Of a stretch of 49,132 nt of DNA, positions 44,621-49,132 are shown piece after piece. This DNA is from an uncultured Clostridia bacterium (GTDB lineage Bacteria; Bacillota; Clostridia; Oscillospirales; Ruminococcaceae): contig CANRLY010000001.1 of the NCBI GenBank assembly GCA_947631585.1, forward strand, positions 1 to 49,132, written 5' to 3'. Positions within the stretch are counted from its first letter, which is position 1, and every line of letters begins with the position of its first letter. Both the position numbers and the translations under genes were made by a program. The notes below the pieces were generated by a model. It saw only the letters and a program-made list of their open reading frames with translations. It was not told the origin of the DNA and did not search any database.

Positions 44621-44693
44621 GGGGAGTGCGGTTTGCACTGCCTGCCATGGACGAAAAGCACCCCTGCCCCAGCTGGTCATAAGCCCTAGTCCA

Positions 44694-45106
44694 AGCAAGC
44701 CCCACCGCCCGATGGCGGTGGGGGATTTGTCCGGGGCGGCGTTGCCGCCCCGAATACTCGTGCGTTCCAGCGGAACGCACGAAAACCAACTGCCAGCAAA
44801 TCCCAATCCCGGGGCAGGCGTTCGCCTGCCCCGACGGAAAGCACCATAGCCCGGTGTGGCGCAAATCCCATTTTGTGGAATATTTCGCAGTTTCGGCTTG
44901 CTTGGAACGGCAATCCCAGCCCGGCAGGAGTGCCTTTTGCTCCGATGCTGCCCCAGAGCAGAGGATAAAACGATTTTCGGCGAAACCGCCCTTTCTGCTG
45001 AAAGCAAGCCCCCACCGCCCGTTGGGCGGTGGGGGCTTTTTCCGGGGCGGCAACGCCGCCCCGGAAAACAACCCCCGTGCGTTCCAGCGGAACGCACGGG
45101 GGTTTA
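44694..45106. repeat. Multi-hairpin repeat cluster, copy 1 (contains the 268-nt direct repeat 44808-45075)
   Basis: Hairpins: CCCCACCGCC-CGAT-GGCGGTGGGG (44700-44723), CGGGGCGGC-GTTG-CCGCCCCG, GTGCGTTCC-AGCG-GAACGCAC, GGGGCAGGC-GTTC-GCCTGCCCC (44811-44832), GCCCCCACCGCCC-GTT-GGGCGGTGGGGGC plus T5 (45008-45041), and CCCCCGTGCGTTCC-AGCG-GAACGCACGGGGG (45072-45102). Confidence 0.85.
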
Positions 45107-45127
45107 AGTATCAGCAGGGTCTTGGTT

Positions 45128-46063
45128 TTATTTTCTGACGATAAGTATAACGATTATTACAACAAGAACTACCGCTGCCACGCCGATAAGAATGAACGGC
45201 AGCATGGAATTGCTTTCTTCCTCTGCTTCGGAAGAACTGCCGCTGTCTGTTGCGGAGGCGGTGTCCTCTATCGAAGAACTCTCCTCAACAGATGAGCTGT
45301 CCGCTGCTGAAGAGCTGTCCTCTACGGAAGAACTGTCCTCTTCAGAAGAACTGTCCTCTTCAGAAGAACTGTCCTCAACTGAGGAGTCGTCGGCTGCGGC
45401 TGCACCGTTTCCAGAAGTGAAATTGATAATTTCGTCAGCGTAGCCTTCCACCTTGTCGGTAGGAAGTCCGGATACTGTGAATTTTATGGAAACAGGCTGG
45501 TCGGACTTTTTCACCATACATTCACGGTTGGTGTAATCGATCAAAGGAATGTTCCAGCCGTTTATTATTTTGATAAGACCTTTGCCTTCACCCTGACCAT
45601 TATCCTCTACGCCGGTTTCAACTTCGCTGAGATCATAATCCACGCCGCCCTCTGAGTAGGAGTCGAGCTTAATTACCATGTCGGGGTAATCAACATACTT
45701 GAACACATCGCCGTCCTTGGCAACGGTGAATGTGGTGTCAAGTCCTACCCAACCTACAAAGTTATCGTCGTACTCGCCCCACCAGCCGGTAAGAGTTACC
45801 TCGTAAGAACCGTTTCCGGTTATATTTACGTCGGTAAAATCGGCGTCACAGGGTATATCACCGGTGTCCACAAAAATTTCCTGTCCCAAGGCGTTGCGGT
45901 GTTCCTATGTATCCCTGTACTGGAACGAGATACCGGCAGAGCCGTAGACAGTAACTTCGTCGGCAGTGGCAGCATCTTCTGCAAAAGCCGGCAAAGCGTT
46001 GGCTGCAACAACGACCGAAGCTGCCGCAGCGGAAAGTATTCTTTTCAGTTTCAAACAGATCAT
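45128..46063 (-). pseudogene. Cell-surface protein gene interrupted by an in-frame TAG (signal peptide + globular domain + Ser/Glu/Asp repeat stalk + C-terminal TM anchor)
   Basis: Track ORFs 45905-46144 and 45128-45889 are in the same frame. The minus strand reads ..GISFQYRDT-TAG(45907-45905)-EHRNALGQEIFVDTGD... The N-terminus is M(ICL)KLKRILSAAAASVVVAANALPAFA (ATG 46063, or TTG 46054 with a GAAAGGA SD). The C-terminus is MLPFILIGVAAVVLVVIIVILIVRK. Confidence 0.7.
45231..45398. repeat. In-frame 18-nt tandem repeat (about 9 units) encoding the SSxEDS stalk
   Basis: GAAGAACTGTCCTCTTCA and variants are iterated head to tail. Two units are identical. The minus-strand translation is SSVEDSSSEEDSSSEEDSSSVEDSSSAADSSSVEESSSIED. 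Confidence 0.85.
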
Positions 46064-46294
46064 CCTTTCGATTGAAAATTCAGTCGGGCAACCTGCCGTT
46101 TCGACTGTTAAAATAATTGTACAAAATTTTTCAGCTTTCTTCAACCGTTATTTTGTACAAATTAAAGTCTCGTCTCAGTGCAACTTTCACAAATACCGGC
46201 GGTTTGCCGACCTGTTCCGGCAGAACCGCTCTTTCGCTGCCCACCCTGAGCAGCGAACAAAACCAATTTCCGGCGAAACTGTCCTTTTGCGCTG

Positions 46295-46650
46295 TAAGCA
46301 AACCCCACCGCCCATCGGGCGGTGGGGCTATCTCGGGGGGCGGCAGCCCCAACCCAGGGCAGGCGTTCGCCTGCCCTGGAGGAAAGCACCATAGCCCCGG
46401 CGTGGCGCAAATCCAATTTTGTGGAAAATTCCGCAACTCCGGCTTGCTTGGAACGTCAATCCCAGCCCGGTAGGAGTGCCCATTCACGCCGACCACCCGG
46501 AACGCTGGGCAAAGCTAAACGCCCAGCAAATCGCCCTTTCTGCTGAAAGCAAGCCCCCACCGCCCGTTGGGCGGTGGGGGCTTTGTCCGGGGCGGCGCTG
46601 CCGCCCCGAAAACAACCCCAGCCCGCCCCCAACGGGGATGGGCTGGGGGT
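46295..46650. repeat. Multi-hairpin repeat cluster, copy 2 (contains the 268-nt direct repeat 46353-46619)
   Basis: It has the same order of blocks as copy 1 at a constant offset of 1545 nt: 46353-46480 matches 44808-44934, and 46532-46619 matches 44987-45075. The central ~52 nt are diverged but of the same length. Confidence 0.85.
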
Positions 46651-46777
46651 ATATTATCCTCAGTCTCAGCAGTTTGCCAACACCGTTAGTTGCCGGAATC
46701 TACTTCCTCCCCTGCCGGTGCTGAGACTCAGCAGAATAGAAGCTTTTCAGCACACCAATGAACCTGCAAACCTTTCC

Positions 46778-47644
46778 TCACTGCGCATTTTCCTCTGTGC
46801 CGCTAGACTCCGCCTGCTCGGTGGTTTTTATGCCCGTCAGGGCGCTGACGTCAAACATCGCCGCTGTGTCCGACATGACCGTCGGGAGCTTTCCGTCCCA
46901 CTTGTCAATAAATTCCATCAGAATAACGTTGTCGGTCAGCTGCTCGTTTTTCAGCCTGTACGCCTCCGCTTCCGCAGTGGCTTTCTCGATGGTCTGCTGT
47001 GCCTCTACCTTTATCCTCGCCAGATCCTGCTCGGCTTTGAGAGCCTCCTGCTGGGCGGTCTGCTTGGCTTCTATCGCACGGTTGAATTCTTCCGAAAAAT
47101 CAAAGTTCACAATGTTGAAAACTTCTATCGTCAGACCGTAAGGATTTATCTTCTCGCTTATCGCCTGCTCCATCTGGGAAGATATCGAAGCCCTTTCAGT
47201 GATGAGTTCCTCCGCAGTGTATTTTGCGGAAACGGACTTCACACACTCCTGAATGGCTGGATTTATTATGATGTTCTCAAAATCCACCCCTACGTTTTTG
47301 TAAATTTCCGCCGAAGCCGACTGGTTCACCCTGTAGTTTATGGCAACTTTTGAAGAAATGGTCTGAAGATCCGATGAAGCCGCAGTGGACTCCACCTCCG
47401 TCTTGAGGACACGGTTGTCTATCTGGACTATCTGCGAAACAAACGGCAGCTTCAGATGGAAACCCTCCTCCAGCACCGTGGGAGATACCTCTCCCAGCGT
47501 TACCACAACTCCGCTGTGTCCGGGTCTTACCACGGAAAAACAGTTGAACAGCACTATCAGCGCCGCCAGTATCACAGCCCCGATGGCAATTAGTTTTCCG
47601 GCGCTTTTGCTTGACTTTGGTTTAAGATTGATAACGTCCGACAT
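46778..47644 (-). CDS. SPFH/band-7 (prohibitin-like) membrane protein
   Basis: An N-terminal TM segment (LIAIGAVILAALIVLF), then the PHB-domain blocks VVRPGHSGVVVTLG, QTISSKVAINYRV and YGLTIEVFNIVNFDFSEEF, then a coiled coil (EAKQTAQQEALKAEQDLARIKVEAQ). Confidence 0.9.
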   Translation of the reverse strand: MSDVINLKPKSSKSAGKLIAIGAVILAALIVLFNCFSVVRPGHSGVVVTLGEVSPTVLEEGFHLKLPFVSQIVQIDNRVLKTEVESTAASSDLQTISSKVAINYRVNQSASAEIYKNVGVDFENIIINPAIQECVKSVSAKYTAEELITERASISSQMEQAISEKINPYGLTIEVFNIVNFDFSEEFNRAIEAKQTAQQEALKAEQDLARIKVEAQQTIEKATAEAEAYRLKNEQLTDNVILMEFIDKWDGKLPTVMSDTAAMFDVSALTGIKTTEQAESSGTEENAQ

Positions 47645-47659
47645 TCAGTTCATATCCTT

Positions 47660-48523
47660 TCATTTATCTTCCAGCTCTTTAAGAGCTTTTATCTCATCTT
47701 TGTCAACTCTTATGACCGCATCTTTTATGACAGATACCTCCGACTTGTCGTAGGTGTTCACCGAATCAGTTCCGTCATGCCGCACACGCAGCTTGCCGGT
47801 GAGCAGGTTCACGTCCTCTACGACGCCTTTTCCGTCCGGCGTTTTGACTATCGCCCCCATCTTGGGAGTGGTACGCAGCAGCTCCTCGTAGCTCTCCTGC
47901 TCGTACTTCAGGCAGCACATGAGCCTTCCGCAAGTGCCGGAGATCTTTGTGGGGTTCAGCGAAAGCCCCTGTTCCTTTGCCATCTTTATCGAGACCGGCT
48001 GGAAGTCCCCTAAGAACCGGGCGCAGCAGAACGTCTGACCGCAGACTCCCAGTCCGCCAAGCATTTTTGCCTCGTCCCTGACCCCTATCTGCCTCAGTTC
48101 TATCCTTGTTCTGAATACCGACGCCAGGTCTTTCACCAGTTCACGGAAATCCACTCTGTTCTCGGAAGTGAAATAAAACAGCAGCTTGTTGTTGTCAAAG
48201 GTACATTCCACGTCTATCAGGTTCATTTTCAGACCGTGTTTTGCGATCTTTTCTTCGCAGATCTTGAACGCCTCCTGCTCCTTGACGTGGTTCTGCTCGA
48301 TGGTGCGGCGGTCCCTGTCGGTGGCAATGCGTATCACCGGCTTCAGCGGAGCTGAAAGGTTCTCCTCAGAAACAAATTTTTTAGCAAGCACCACCTGACC
48401 GCACTCCACACCTCTTGCGGTCTCGATGATAACGTCGTCTCCCTGCTTGATGTCAAGACCCGACGGGTCGAAATAGTAGACCTTTCCGGCGGTCTTGAAC
48501 CTTACTCCGATTATCTCAGGCAT
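47660..48523 (-). CDS. yaaT: PSP1-domain stage 0 sporulation/regulatory protein YaaT (RicT)
   Basis: The start is set at the ATG at 48523 (MPEIIGVRFKTAGKVYYFD). The Cys cluster CGQTFCCARFL..GTCGRLMCCLKYE is typical of the PSP1/YaaT family. The gene lies directly downstream of holB, as in Bacillus. Confidence 0.9.
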   Translation of the reverse strand: MPEIIGVRFKTAGKVYYFDPSGLDIKQGDDVIIETARGVECGQVVLAKKFVSEENLSAPLKPVIRIATDRDRRTIEQNHVKEQEAFKICEEKIAKHGLKMNLIDVECTFDNNKLLFYFTSENRVDFRELVKDLASVFRTRIELRQIGVRDEAKMLGGLGVCGQTFCCARFLGDFQPVSIKMAKEQGLSLNPTKISGTCGRLMCCLKYEQESYEELLRTTPKMGAIVKTPDGKGVVEDVNLLTGKLRVRHDGTDSVNTYDKSEVSVIKDAVIRVDKDEIKALKELEDK

Positions 48524-48565
48524 AATATTATCCTTTCTGCAAAACAACTTGACAGCGGTCTGCGG

Positions 48566-49132
48566 TCATATAAGGCAGTCTGCCGCACGGGCGGCGAAAG
48601 CGTGTATAGACAAAGGCACAGACCCGTTGCCGTTTATTCTTGAAATAAATTCTTCGCAAAGACCCAGCAGTTCGGCGGATCTTCTTGCGCCAAGGGTCTC
48701 GGCAAGTTTTTCAGTTCTGCCGCTGCAGCAGGAGACCGGCGACGCCGTCTTTCCGGCGGCTGCGAAAACTGCGCTGTCTCTAAGGCAGCCGGAGAGAAGT
48801 TTCAGCACTTCCCGCAGCATATTCCTGTCCGAGTCGGTTTTCCAGAGCGCAGCCAGAAGTCCGTACTCGTCTCTGGCGCAAAGCGCAGCGCAGAGCCTGT
48901 CGGTTATCTCCACCGCCTTGGAGAGGTTCCCGCCGCAGATGAACTGCACGCACCTGCCGGCGTTTCCGCCCATAGCGGAGAAAGCCGCTGCGAATTTTTC
49001 CTCAGAAAATTCCTGACCGCAGGCTGCCGCAGCCGCCTTTTTGCAGTCCTCCCTGGTGAGAAGTTCCGTTCTCAGCAAAGTTACTCTTGAGAGGATAGTG
49101 GGCAGGAAATACTCTTTTGAGCAGGCTGTCAT
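48566..49132 (-). CDS. holB: DNA polymerase III subunit delta' , C-terminal part (5' end outside window)
   Basis: The LPTILSR sensor motif lies near the window edge and is followed by a helical C-terminal domain. holB-yaaT synteny supports the call. Confidence 0.8.
   Translation of the reverse strand: MTACSKEYFLPTILSRVTLLRTELLTREDCKKAAAAACGQEFSEEKFAAAFSAMGGNAGRCVQFICGGNLSKAVEITDRLCAALCARDEYGLLAALWKTDSDRNMLREVLKLLSGCLRDSAVFAAAGKTASPVSCCSGRTEKLAETLGARRSAELLGLCEEFISRINGNGSVPLSIHAFAARAADCLI

Noticed and set aside
44462-45138. Multiple overlapping ORFs (up to 211 aa) in both strands across the hairpin clusters at 44462-45138 and 46117-46724
   Set aside because: The same DNA is open in several frames on both strands. 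The translations are P/G/R-rich palindrome artefacts (PPPVGRWG etc.) generated by GC hairpins. There are no SDs.
45905-45907. TAG read as pyrrolysine or as a reassigned sense codon
   Set aside because: TAG terminates at least one bona fide gene in the window (M23 peptidase, 925-927). No pyl genes are seen. A single occurrence is better explained by a nonsense mutation.
1-49132. Mobile genetic elements, prophage or defence-island genes (transposase, integrase, restriction, RT, nuclease)
   Set aside because: No ORF in any frame shows recombinase, transposase or nuclease motifs that I can recognise. The only mobile-like features are the non-coding repeat cassettes reported above.

Overview
This is a chromosomal segment from a Firmicute, Clostridia-like by gene content (holB-yaaT synteny, Feo, Soj-like ParA, sigma-A type promoters). 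It is densely coding with no rRNA, CRISPR, transposase or integrase. Main blocks in order:

- **3-161:** 3' end of a ferredoxin gene.
- **139-905:** hairpin and inverted-repeat tract.
- **925-2064:** M23/G5 peptidase.
- **2348-16931:** a 12-gene operon transcribed from one promoter. It holds two MacB/LolD-type ABC ATPases (one fused to an AbrB/SpoVT-like tail), a 978-aa CBM-fused solute-binding protein, two pairs of sugar-type permeases, and an embedded NHL/TPR anchor protein, Yip1 membrane protein and 1095-aa secreted protein.
- **16987-24628, plus 25652-26599:** a minus-strand galactofuranose-type glycan cluster (glf, dehydrogenase, large GT, Wzm/Wzt-like exporter, two GT2s) and a GtrB-like GT.
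- **25063-25546:** tRNA-Glu and tRNA-Met separated by 97-nt tandem repeats.
- **27140-30000:** parA-serS-tatD.
- **30282-33194:** a feoAAB locus whose feoB is split.
- **33398-38651:** a two-component system with VTC-domain, DUF4956-like and beta-helix lipoprotein genes.
- **38821-49132:** a CE2-like esterase, a MATE pump, an unannotated 48-aa Cys-rich membrane peptide, a ClpC-like ATPase, a repeat-flanked surface-protein gene with an in-frame TAG, an SPFH protein, yaaT, and partial holB.

The most interesting items are the atypical ABC super-operon, the bacterial VTC-like module, and a family of GC-rich multi-hairpin intergenic elements whose stems are conserved while their loops vary. All functional calls come from reading motifs by eye; no database search was run.
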